This document shows positions 39,948 through 48,569 of a DNA stretch of 64,000 nucleotides, piece by piece. The DNA is from Alistipes sp. (lineage in GTDB: Bacteria; Bacteroidota; Bacteroidia; Bacteroidales; Rikenellaceae): assembly GCA_045654285.1 (NCBI GenBank), contig JAZONC010000019.1, forward strand, positions 46,602 to 110,601. Direction: 5' to 3'. The notes under the pieces are model-generated. The model searched no databases. It was not told where the DNA came from and worked only from the letters and a program-made list of their open reading frames with translations. A program made the position numbers and the translations under genes. Within the stretch, counting starts at the first letter, position 1. Each line of letters begins with the position of its first letter.

Positions 39948-40224
39948 AAAAAACAGCAGAACCAAAAAGTTCTGCTGTTTTCATCTGTCGGGATAACAGG
40001 ATTCGAACGGCGAAGCCGAAGCGAGGATACCTTCTAAAATTAATATATATTTATCCTCGCAACCTGTATTATGTGAGAACCTACTATTGCAAGATGATAA
40101 CATTGCGAAGCTTTTTTATTGAGTGATGTGGAGTGAGCTTGCTCAACTACAACTAAACTCAATAAAAAACAGCAGAACCAAAAAGTTCTGCTGTTATCAT
40201 CTGTCGGGATAACAGGATTCGAAC
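39948..40224 (-). repeat. Direct duplication of tRNA-Pro(CGG) T-loop/3' end and terminator, flanking a structured cassette
   Basis: 39948-40008 vs 40164-40224: 61 nt with one mismatch. Confidence 0.92.
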
Positions 40225-40278
40225 CTGTGACCCCCAACTCCCGAAGCTGGTGCGCTAACCGGACTGCGCTACATCCCG
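40204..40278 (-). tRNA. tRNA-Pro(CGG)
   Basis: CGGGATG/TATCCCG acceptor, CCAGC-TTCGGGA-GTTGG anticodon arm, GTTCGAATC. Confidence 0.95.
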
Positions 40279-40352
40279 ATGATTATTTTATGAAAGAAAA
40301 AAGAGCAAGTCGCCTGAATACATTCAAATCAATCTTGCCCATTCTCCCGTTG

Positions 40353-40427
40353 TCGGGATACCAGGATACGAACCTGGGACCCCCTGCACCCAAAGCAGGT
40401 GCGCTAACCGGGCTGCGCTACATCCCG
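40353..40427 (-). tRNA. tRNA-Pro(TGG)
   Basis: CGGGATG/TATCCCG acceptor, CCTGC-TTTGGGT-GCAGG anticodon arm; atypical T-loop TTCGTAT. Confidence 0.9.
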
Positions 40428-40458
40428 AAACAAATAATCAGTTTTCTGATTCGTGAGG

Positions 40459-40489
40459 CAAAGATACACTCTTTTTTCTTCTTAGCAAA
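40459..40489 (-). promoter_or_regulatory. Promoter of the tRNA-Pro pair
   Basis: Minus strand TTTG (40486-40489), N19, TATCTTTG (40459-40466). Confidence 0.75.
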
Positions 40490-40522
40490 GTTTTTGCCTA
40501 ATTTTTTGCGGTTGTCGTTGAC

Positions 40523-41293
40523 CTACTGCGCTCCATCCTTGTGAATAACAACCTCGGCTACTATAGGTGCGTGATCCGACTCCACCGAAGCCTCCAACAC
40601 GGTGTGGCTCACCACCTCAGCCGTAACTCCTCCACCCGCATAGAGTGCTATGTAATCAATCTCTCGTTTAGGCTCATTAGCTGGGAAGGTGAATGGCGAG
40701 CCCTGCTTCTCGAAGATCTGAAACTTACGAGCCAATGCCATCATTGACAAGCTATTGGGCTGAGCATTAAAGTCGCCAGCAATAACCACCGGTTTATCCA
40801 ACTTCGACAACTCGTCGATAATAATTGCAACCGACTTTATGCGATCCTCTTCGTGCAATGAGAGATGCGTGCAGCAATAGTAATAATCCTTCAACTCCAC
40901 AATCAGAAGCGAACGCGGCTCTGACCGACAGGGCAATGGCACGCGTCGATGCGACAAGGGAGGCTCCTTAGTCAAAATGCCAATACCATATTTACCACCA
41001 CGATAATCAATCGAAGCAGCATAGGTGGGATACATATCGGTCAGTGCCGCTACCTCCGAGAGCATATCGTGTCCCGGATAGCGTGTGGTCATACTATCCA
41101 GCTCCTGCAAGGCCACAGCCTCAACATTGGCATCTTTAATGATTCCAGCTATGCGCTCGCACGAAAGCACACCATCCAAACCTACACAATTATGCACATT
41201 ATAACACATCAATCGTGCATCGATAGAACGAGGAGAGCAAGCGGCACAAACAAGCGCAAGCGAAAGGGCAAGTAAAGATAAAAATCGTTTCAT
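40523..41293 (-). CDS. Endonuclease/exonuclease/phosphatase family lipoprotein
   Basis: Lipobox CAAC; MCYNV, ALQE, THL, AGDFN, IDYI, SDH. Confidence 0.88.
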   Translation of the reverse strand: MKRFLSLLALSLALVCAACSPRSIDARLMCYNVHNCVGLDGVLSCERIAGIIKDANVEAVALQELDSMTTRYPGHDMLSEVAALTDMYPTYAASIDYRGGKYGIGILTKEPPLSHRRVPLPCRSEPRSLLIVELKDYYYCCTHLSLHEEDRIKSVAIIIDELSKLDKPVVIAGDFNAQPNSLSMMALARKFQIFEKQGSPFTFPANEPKREIDYIALYAGGGVTAEVVSHTVLEASVESDHAPIVAEVVIHKDGAQ

Positions 41294-41379
41294 AGTGTTG
41301 TAATTTTATGTAAAGGTATCAGTTTTTGGCCACATTACCTAAAAAGTGCACAAAAAAGAGTAAAAAAGTTAGTCAAAAA

Positions 41380-41431
41380 TTTGGAAAAGCCACTCGATAT
41401 ATTATATCTTTGTAATATCAAAATGATATTA
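41380..41431 (+). promoter_or_regulatory. Promoter with palindromic operator for the SPFH-Arc operon
   Basis: TTTG (41380-41383), N21, TATCTTTG (41405-41412), then TAATATCA-AAA-TGATATTA (41413-41431). Confidence 0.65.
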
Positions 41432-41467
41432 TATAAAACTTAACTATTAACTAAAAACAATTATCTT

Positions 41468-42415
41468 ATGGAAAACAAAAATTTTGAGTACACAGGTTGG
41501 AAGATCAATGGCTTCGTGGCGTTGATTCTTATTTTGGCGGCTATCGTTGGTGGTGTACTTATGATCGTAAAGGGTGCCGAGGCCGAGGCTCCCGTAGGCC
41601 CTATATTGGTTGTGGGCGGCATTATCATCATCCTGCTTGCAATGATTTCGTGCAAGGGCTTTATGCTTCTGGAGCCCAACGAGGCGCGCGTGCTGACATT
41701 CTTCGGAAAGTATCGCGGTTCATTCTACAACACAGGCTTCTACTGGGTAAACTTCCTAATGTCGTCGAAGAACATCTCACTCCGTGCTCGCAACCTCAAT
41801 GCTGAACCTATCAAGGTGAACGACAAGACGGGTAACCCCATTATGATTGGCCTGGTACTCGTATGGCGTCTTAAGCGAGATGAGATTTACCGCTCGGTAT
41901 TCGACATTGATGCTACGGCCGACAATTCGGGTATGGTTACGCAGAGTAGTCGTATGCGTATGTTGGAAAATTTCGTATCGGTACAGAGCGACGCGGCTCT
42001 GCGCCAGGTAGCAGGCTGCTACGCCTACGACGACAACACCTCGAATGGCGACACAGTAACTCTGCGAAGCAGTAGCGACGAGATTAACAACCTCTTGGAG
42101 GAGCGTCTCTCAGAGCGCCTTGCCATTGCTGGCATCGAGGTTGTGGAGGCTCGCATCAACTATCTGGCCTATGCTCCCGAGATTGCGGCCGTTATGTTGC
42201 GTCGCCAACAGGCCGACGCTATTATCTCGGCTCGTGAGAAGATTGTCGAGGGTGCTGTTTCGATGGTCAAGATGGCTATCGACCGTTTGGCCGACGATGA
42301 GGTTGTCGAACTCGACGAGGAGCGCAAGGCGGCTATGGTTACCAATCTTCTGGTAGTTCTCTGCGCTGACGAGTCGGCTCAGCCAGTGGTAAATGCAGGA
42401 ACTATGCACCATTAA
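41468..42415 (+). CDS. SPFH domain-containing protein
   Basis: [54 protein letters not shown]. Confidence 0.92.
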   Translation: MENKNFEYTGWKINGFVALILILAAIVGGVLMIVKGAEAEAPVGPILVVGGIIIILLAMISCKGFMLLEPNEARVLTFFGKYRGSFYNTGFYWVNFLMSSKNISLRARNLNAEPIKVNDKTGNPIMIGLVLVWRLKRDEIYRSVFDIDATADNSGMVTQSSRMRMLENFVSVQSDAALRQVAGCYAYDDNTSNGDTVTLRSSSDEINNLLEERLSERLAIAGIEVVEARINYLAYAPEIAAVMLRRQQADAIISAREKIVEGAVSMVKMAIDRLADDEVVELDEERKAAMVTNLLVVLCADESAQPVVNAGTMHH

Positions 42416-42424
42416 TCTTGCAGG

Positions 42425-42625
42425 ATGGCAAAGAAGGCGGAAAATAAGAGTTTCGTGTTGCGTGTCGATGCCGAGACGATGGCGGCGTTGGAGCGTTGGG
42501 CCGACGATGAATTTCGCAGTATCAACGGCCAATTGCAATGGATCATTGCCGACGCTCTGCGACGCAGTGGCCGCTTAAAGAAGAGTAAGAAAAAGGCCGC
42601 AGAGGCTAATAAGGGAGAGGAGTAA
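42425..42625 (+). CDS. Arc-family ribbon-helix-helix DNA-binding protein
   Basis: KSFVLRVD...ALERWADDEFRSINGQL. Confidence 0.88.
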   Translation: MAKKAENKSFVLRVDAETMAALERWADDEFRSINGQLQWIIADALRRSGRLKKSKKKAAEANKGEE

Positions 42626-42629
42626 GATT

Positions 42630-43058
42630 ATGGGAGAATTTAATAAAAAGTGGTTTCAAGCGGTGTGGGGATGCCTACTCTTGGCATCGGTGATTATCAA
42701 CCACATACCGCGTTGGACAGATGCCGCGTGGGCGCACGGAGCCGCTATCGAGACCCTCGACACGGTGCTGATGTGGATAATGCTACCGCTAACGGTCTTG
42801 ATGTTCATCGCACTCTGCATCAACTATTGGCGACAGGGCGAGCGCCTCTTCTGGCGCGTGTGGCGCCGTTGGGGTGCGGCATTGGCAATAGGCATTGTGG
42901 CGGCTGTGGCACTGGTCTTATCGGTGCGCTATTTCAAGGATGGCAACACGGCTATCGACGATGGTGATCGTATGATTCTGCTTGGCATTTTTGCTGGCGC
43001 AGGATTTATCTGGGCAGTGGCACGATACAAGTTCCAGCATTGGCACAAAAAGGAGTAA
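42630..43058 (+). CDS. Hypothetical membrane protein
   Basis: About 4 TMs; starts 4 nt after the Arc gene. Confidence 0.65.
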   Translation: MGEFNKKWFQAVWGCLLLASVIINHIPRWTDAAWAHGAAIETLDTVLMWIMLPLTVLMFIALCINYWRQGERLFWRVWRRWGAALAIGIVAAVALVLSVRYFKDGNTAIDDGDRMILLGIFAGAGFIWAVARYKFQHWHKKE

Positions 43059-43098
43059 ACGCACTACATTGACAGAGAAAACACCGTATTATATCTAA

Positions 43099-43145
43099 TA
43101 AAAGACCGCCCTGCAGAATTATTTTCGCTTGCAGGGCGGTTTTTT
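43099..43145 (+). terminator. Intrinsic terminator
   Basis: GACCGCCCTGCA...TGCAGGGCGGTTTTTT. Confidence 0.75.
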
Positions 43146-43182
43146 CGTAAATAGTTTGTAACTTTAGAAAAACTATACGACA

Positions 43183-43632
43183 ATGAAAGGAGTACATCTT
43201 AAATTTATTAGAATCGGCAGTTGGCAACCGATTGGTGGTATCAGATTGAAGAGCTGGATAATATGCGCCATATTGCTACTCCTCGGCCTGGGTAATGCCG
43301 TAGCAGGAGCTATGGAGTGGCACGACTCGATGGGGATGTTGCTCTTTAATGGAGTATGCATCATACTTCTTATTCTTGCCGTAATGCAGAAGGTTATGCA
43401 AATGGAGCCTCGCAAAAAGTGGCGCGTGCTGTCGTTCATCACCCCTGGTGGTGGCATACTTGCTCTGCTGTGTGCTCGCGTAGCCGATAGTAGTAACGAA
43501 TATCCCAACTTGATTGCACCACTCCTCGCAGTTGGAGCTGTGTTGCTTGCATTAGGCATAGTGTGCATTATTCGCTGGCGCCGATATAGTTTAGCTCATA
43601 AAGAATTTCTTAAACAACAAAGAAACAAGTAA
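43183..43632 (+). CDS. Hypothetical membrane protein
   Basis: About 4 TMs; abuts the cobB start. Confidence 0.55.
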   Translation: MKGVHLKFIRIGSWQPIGGIRLKSWIICAILLLLGLGNAVAGAMEWHDSMGMLLFNGVCIILLILAVMQKVMQMEPRKKWRVLSFITPGGGILALLCARVADSSNEYPNLIAPLLAVGAVLLALGIVCIIRWRRYSLAHKEFLKQQRNK

Positions 43633-43633
43633 T

Positions 43634-44329
43634 ATGAAAAAGATAGTAGTATTTACAGGCGCCGGAGTAAGTGCCGATAGTGGCCTTTCGACTTTTCGTG
43701 ATGCCGACGGCTTGTGGGCAAGCTACCGCATCGAAGATGTGTGCACGCCCGAAGCGTTAGCGCAAAATCGCGCTTTGGTAATTGAGTTCTACAACAAGCG
43801 ACGCAAGGAGTTGCTCACCACCGAGCCCAATGCTGCACACTACGCCATAGCCAAACTGGAGGAGCATTTCGACGTGGAGGTAGTAACTCAGAATGTAGAT
43901 GACCTACACGAACGAGCCGGCTCTACACGAATCACCCACCTGCACGGCGAGTTGATGAAACTGCGTAGCCAACGCAACCCCGATTTGATTGTACCTATAT
44001 CGGGTTGGGAGCAGGGACTCGACGACAGGGGCGAAGATGGCGCTTTACTGCGTCCGCACATAGTCTTTTTTGGCGAGTCAGTGCCTATGTTCGATGCTGC
44101 AACAAAGATTGCAGCCGAGGCAGATATAATGATTGTCGTGGGCACCTCACTTGCGGTCTACCCTGCCGCTATGTTGGTACGCTATGCAAAGACAGGTGTT
44201 CCCATCTATGTGATTGACCCCGGCACGCCCGACACGGCGATGATTCGCAACCCACTCACCCACATCAAGGCGCGCGCCGCCGTGGGTATGCCCGAGTTGG
44301 CCGAGAGACTAATTGCTGAGTACAAATAA
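43634..44329 (+). CDS. cobB: NAD-dependent protein deacylase (sirtuin)
   Basis: TGAGVSADSG, TQNVDDLHERAG, HLHGE, RPHIVFFGE, VGTSLAVYPAA. Confidence 0.92.
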   Translation: MKKIVVFTGAGVSADSGLSTFRDADGLWASYRIEDVCTPEALAQNRALVIEFYNKRRKELLTTEPNAAHYAIAKLEEHFDVEVVTQNVDDLHERAGSTRITHLHGELMKLRSQRNPDLIVPISGWEQGLDDRGEDGALLRPHIVFFGESVPMFDAATKIAAEADIMIVVGTSLAVYPAAMLVRYAKTGVPIYVIDPGTPDTAMIRNPLTHIKARAAVGMPELAERLIAEYK

Positions 44330-44357
44330 AAAAGGTGTCCCAAACGGGGCACCTTTT
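44328..44357. terminator. Bidirectional terminator
   Basis: AAAAAGGTGTCCC...GGGGCACCTTTT. Confidence 0.7.
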
Positions 44358-44377
44358 ATTTAATCTGCACAGGATCT

Positions 44378-45607
44378 TTATTCTGGGAAGGCAACCTTCA
44401 TAAATAGAGCTGTCGCACCTTGATTCTTCGCAGTGTAGTCCTTTGCTGTAGCACTCACCTTCGATAGATAGGCCTCATCATCACGCAAGGGCACAAACCA
44501 CGCGGCAAGTTCCTCGGCCGAGGCAACCGATGTAGCAGCACCCAACGCCACCATATCGCGAGCCTCCTTAAACTTCTCGTATTTAGGGCCAAAGGCAATA
44601 GGCAAGCCGAATGTTGCCGCCTCCAGCGTATTGTGAATACCTACACCAAATCCACCTCCAATATACGACCACTTGGCATAGCCATACACCGACGAGAGGA
44701 TTCCGATGGTATCGAGCACCAGCACCTGAGTTGCAGAGAAATCGGTCTGCGCATCGCACTCGGTATATCGCTTGGCTCCGCCGCGCACCGACTGCAAAAT
44801 CTTATTTATACGCGCCTCTTCCATCTCGTGAGGAGCAATCACAAAGCGAATATTCGGATTAGCGTTGATGAGTGGCAGGAGAATATCCTCATCGGGACCC
44901 CAAGTCGAACCTGCAACAAAAAGATCGCTATCGCCCTTAAACGCCGCAACCATCTCCACAGGTTTAGCTGCCTTGGCAATAGAGGCAACTCTATCAAAAC
45001 GGGTATCACCCGCCACAATCGTATTATCGAAACCTATGCTATGGAGCAATTCGCGCGACTCCTCATTCTGCACAAACATCTGCTCAAATGCATCCAATGC
45101 CTCGCGCCACATAGTGCCGTAGGTACGGAAAAAGACCGAATTACGACGGAAGATGGCCGACACAAGATAAGAGCGCACACCACGACGCTTAAGCTCGTTG
45201 AGATAGTTAACCCAAAACTCATACTTAACGAACACCGCCAACTCGGGATGTGCTATATCGAGAAAACGCGTTACATTAGACGGAGTATCGACAGGCAGAT
45301 AGAAGATATAGTCGGCACCTGCATAGTTCTTGCGAATCTCATAGCCCGACGGAGAGAAGAATGTGAGCAGAATCTTTCGGTCGGGATACTTACTGCGTAT
45401 CTCCTCCAAAATAGGGCGTCCCTGCTCGAACTCACCGAGCGAGGCGACGTGCATCCACACCACCCTGTCGTCGGCCGAAATGACCTGAGCCATACGCTCG
45501 AAGATATTTTTTCTACCCTCGGTAAATTGTTTGGCTTTCTTATTCCAGAGCGCAACAAAAGCCACCACACGGGCGTAGAGCGCTATACCAATATTGTACA
45601 AAAACAT
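44378..45607 (-). CDS. waaA: 3-deoxy-D-manno-octulosonic acid transferase
   Basis: WMHVASLGEFEQ, TFFSPSGYE, GDTRFDRV, AGSTW, DTIGIL, HNTLEAA. Confidence 0.93.
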   Translation of the reverse strand: MFLYNIGIALYARVVAFVALWNKKAKQFTEGRKNIFERMAQVISADDRVVWMHVASLGEFEQGRPILEEIRSKYPDRKILLTFFSPSGYEIRKNYAGADYIFYLPVDTPSNVTRFLDIAHPELAVFVKYEFWVNYLNELKRRGVRSYLVSAIFRRNSVFFRTYGTMWREALDAFEQMFVQNEESRELLHSIGFDNTIVAGDTRFDRVASIAKAAKPVEMVAAFKGDSDLFVAGSTWGPDEDILLPLINANPNIRFVIAPHEMEEARINKILQSVRGGAKRYTECDAQTDFSATQVLVLDTIGILSSVYGYAKWSYIGGGFGVGIHNTLEAATFGLPIAFGPKYEKFKEARDMVALGAATSVASAEELAAWFVPLRDDEAYLSKVSATAKDYTAKNQGATALFMKVAFPE

Positions 45608-45664
45608 AGAAAAAAATTGCTTACACTATGACAAAGATAGCCTTTTTTCTTCAATTCAACCAAC

Positions 45665-46030
45665 CTACCAGCCAAATTCGGCTATATTACGAATAAATCT
45701 GACATCGTAGCTCCCATCGGGAAACATATCCACAGCCAATAGATCAAACTCCACCTCACCACGCACACGACACTGCGACACATAGGCCGACGCGGCACGA
45801 TGCAGAGCCGACACCTTGGCCTGTGTGATCGTCGCCTCGGGCGTAAGGAGCGAGCCTGCGCGGCGTGTCTTGACCTCGATAAGATGGGTCATACCTTGCC
45901 GCTCGGCTACAATATCTATCTCGTAACGACCACTGCGCCAATTACGGGCTGCAATGAGATAGCCCTCACTGCGCAGATAATCAACAGCAATATCCTCGCC
46001 CTGCTGGCCTATCTGAAGCGTATTTGCCAT
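45665..46030 (-). CDS. YraN family protein
   Basis: GQQGEDIA, RNWR, EIDIVA, IEVKTR. Confidence 0.88.
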   Translation of the reverse strand: MANTLQIGQQGEDIAVDYLRSEGYLIAARNWRSGRYEIDIVAERQGMTHLIEVKTRRAGSLLTPEATITQAKVSALHRAASAYVSQCRVRGEVEFDLLAVDMFPDGSYDVRFIRNIAEFGW

Positions 46031-46032
46031 AG

Positions 46033-46073
46033 AAAAAAGAGGCGAGCAACCCGCCTTATAGCGGATTACTCGC
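46033..46073 (-). terminator. Terminator-like hairpin between pepE and yraN
   Basis: Minus strand GCGAGTAATCCGC-TATAAG-GCGGGTTGCTCGC-CTCTTTTTT. Confidence 0.65.
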
Positions 46074-46083
46074 TTATGATGTT

Positions 46084-46785
46084 TTACAAAAGGAACGAGA
46101 GATCGTCGCCAGAGTGTACTTCGAAAGTCTCAACACCCTTCTTGAAGATACGCATCGGACGCGAGCCAATGAGATCCATCTTTCCATCGTGCAGGTGCAA
46201 CATACACCCCTCACGCAAGCCTACCACCCAACGGCGGGGATTAGCCTCAATATACTCCTCGATACGCTGCTCGCGAGTCTCGCCAGCGTGGCCCTCAGGA
46301 TTAGCATCAAGGTAGTGGGGGTTGATTTGGAATTTAACGGCACCGATAGCCTTGAACGACTCGGGCTCTACGATGGGCATATCGTTGGTAGTGCAGATGG
46401 TCGGACACGACACATTGCTACCTGCCGACCAACCCACATAGGGAGTACCCTCCTTGATCTTTCGAAGGATGGCAGTCATCAAGCCCTGCTCCTGCATCTT
46501 CTTCGCAAGAGCAAAGGTATTACCTCCACCCACGCAGATGGCCTGCGCCTCGCGAATCATACGACGAGGATTCTTCGAGCGGTGAATCGAACGCACCTTG
46601 ATGCCTATCTCGTCGAAGCGAGCCTGCACCTTTGCCTCATAGGCCGCATACGAAAATGTTACAGCAGCATAGGGGATAAAAACCACTTCGCTTATGCCCT
46701 GTAAAAACGAAGCGATATTCTTGATGGGATATTGCAGATATTGTTCACCTGCATTGGTTGAGTTTGAGATCAGTAATAAGTTCAT
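46084..46785 (-). CDS. pepE: Dipeptidase E
   Basis: LLLISNST, FIPYA, VGGGNTF, GWSAGSN, TTNDMPI, INPHY, GETRE. Confidence 0.95.
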   Translation of the reverse strand: MNLLLISNSTNAGEQYLQYPIKNIASFLQGISEVVFIPYAAVTFSYAAYEAKVQARFDEIGIKVRSIHRSKNPRRMIREAQAICVGGGNTFALAKKMQEQGLMTAILRKIKEGTPYVGWSAGSNVSCPTICTTNDMPIVEPESFKAIGAVKFQINPHYLDANPEGHAGETREQRIEEYIEANPRRWVVGLREGCMLHLHDGKMDLIGSRPMRIFKKGVETFEVHSGDDLSFLL

Positions 46786-46951
46786 AATATTTTGGTTTAT
46801 AATAAATTAAATATGGTCATTAATTGCTCAAGTGTAAAATAATTGGTTTCCAATGCCAAAATTAATAAAAAAAGTGTTACATTTGCGCAGAAATGTTTTG
46901 AAAAGATTAAACCAATCAATAATCAAATTGTTAAACTAAAAAATTAAAGTT

Positions 46952-47188
46952 ATGTCAGAAGTTCAGTCAAAGGTTGTCGAGATTATCGTAGACAAGTTGG
47001 GCGTTAAGGCAGAAGAGGTTGTACCCGAAGCAAGTTTCACAGCTCACCTCGGTGCAGATTCTTTGGATTCAGTTGAGCTCATTATGGAGTTCGAGAAGGC
47101 GTTCGATATCCAGATTCCCGACGAGGATGCTGAGAAGATCACTACCGTTGGTGCTGCTATCGAGTATGTAGAGGCACACACAAAATAA
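46952..47188 (+). CDS. acpP: Acyl carrier protein
   Basis: [16 protein letters not shown]. Confidence 0.96.
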   Translation: MSEVQSKVVEIIVDKLGVKAEEVVPEASFTAHLGADSLDSVELIMEFEKAFDIQIPDEDAEKITTVGAAIEYVEAHTK

Positions 47189-47227
47189 TTAAAAATCATA
47201 TAATTTCGCACTATTGCGAGAGCGATA

Positions 47228-48478
47228 ATGGTAGGGAGAAGAGTAGTTATTACAGGCATTGGCACCATCAATCCTTTGGGACACTCCGTTGAGGAGTATT
47301 TTTCAAATCTTGAAAAGGGCATTAGTGGTGCTACTGAAGTTACGCTTTTTGATGCCGCCAAGTTTCGTTCACGCATCGCTTGCGAAGTAAAAGATTACGA
47401 CTGGAGCCGTTACTTCGACCGCAAGGAGGTACGCAAGTACGATCGTTTTGCGCAGTGGGCAATAATCTCGGCCGACGAGGCTTTGAGAGATGCTGGCGTG
47501 GTTGAAGACGAATCTATCGACAAGGAAAGAGTCGGTGTGGTTTGGGGCTCTGGCACAGGTGGAACAACAACGTTCTACGAAGAGAGTAAGGGCTATATCG
47601 AGGGGAATTTCACCCCTCGATTTAGTCCATTTTTTGTTCCTCGCTTAGTCCCCGATTTGGCCGCAGGATTCATCTCCATCAAGTACGGCTTTATGGGACC
47701 CAACTACTCTACCGTTTCGGCTTGCGCCTCATCAAACCACGCAATGATCGACGCCTTGAACCTCATTCGTTGGGGTAAGGCAGATATGATTGTAACTGGA
47801 GGCTCTGAGGCTTCGATAAACGATCCTGGAATGGGTAGTTTCTGCGCTATGCAGGCTCTCTCGACACGCAACGACGACCCCGCACACGCCTCACGCCCGT
47901 TCGATAGGGATCGTGATGGATTTGTGATCGGCGAGGGTGGTGGAGCCTTAATCTTCGAGGAGTTGGAGCACGCTAAAAAGCGCGGAGCAAAAATTTATTG
48001 CGAGGTTGTTGGTGGCGGTATGTCGGCTGACGCATATCATATGACGGCTCCTCATCCTGAGGGCAAAGGGGCCTTGATATCAATGCGTGGGGCTCTGCGC
48101 GATGCAGAGTTACAACCCGAGGATGTGGACTACATCAACGCCCACGGCACCTCAACAAATCTTGGCGATGTGGCCGAACTAAAGGCTATTCAGGCTCTGT
48201 TTGGTCAGCACGTTTATTCGATGAATATATCATCGACCAAGTCGATGACTGGACACCTTTTGGGTGGTACGGCGGCTATCGAGGCATTGGCCTGCGTGAT
48301 GGCCATCGAGCGTGGAGTGATTCCTCCTACCATCAATGTGGAGAACATCGATCCCGAAATTGACCCTAACCTTAATCTCACGCTCGGCAAGGCTCAGCAC
48401 CGTGAGGTGCGTTGTGCGCTGAGCAACACATTTGGTTTTGGAGGTCATAACTCGTCGATTATATTCCGTAAACTATAA
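47228..48478 (+). CDS. fabF: Beta-ketoacyl-ACP synthase II
   Basis: SACAS, YINAHGTST, KSMTGHLLG, SNTFGFGGHN. Confidence 0.96.
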   Translation: MVGRRVVITGIGTINPLGHSVEEYFSNLEKGISGATEVTLFDAAKFRSRIACEVKDYDWSRYFDRKEVRKYDRFAQWAIISADEALRDAGVVEDESIDKERVGVVWGSGTGGTTTFYEESKGYIEGNFTPRFSPFFVPRLVPDLAAGFISIKYGFMGPNYSTVSACASSNHAMIDALNLIRWGKADMIVTGGSEASINDPGMGSFCAMQALSTRNDDPAHASRPFDRDRDGFVIGEGGGALIFEELEHAKKRGAKIYCEVVGGGMSADAYHMTAPHPEGKGALISMRGALRDAELQPEDVDYINAHGTSTNLGDVAELKAIQALFGQHVYSMNISSTKSMTGHLLGGTAAIEALACVMAIERGVIPPTINVENIDPEIDPNLNLTLGKAQHREVRCALSNTFGFGGHNSSIIFRKL

Positions 48479-48569
48479 TCGCCATACCGCGCGTGCGGAT
48501 CAATATGGAGGCTGTCGGACTTGTGTGTGGCAGCCATTGTGTTATTATAACTTATAAAAACTTACTGCA

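Noticed and set aside
43634-44329. Sirtuin next to membrane proteins as a possible anti-phage (Thoeris/DSR-like) system
   Set aside because: It is an ordinary ~230-aa CobB-type deacylase with all standard motifs and no TIR, Macro, HerA or Argonaute partner.
44633-45631. Long antisense ORFs (332 aa opposite waaA; similar ones opposite gyrB, hisC, ychF and the GH109 gene)
   Set aside because: Expected shadows of biased codon usage; no motifs or initiation signals.
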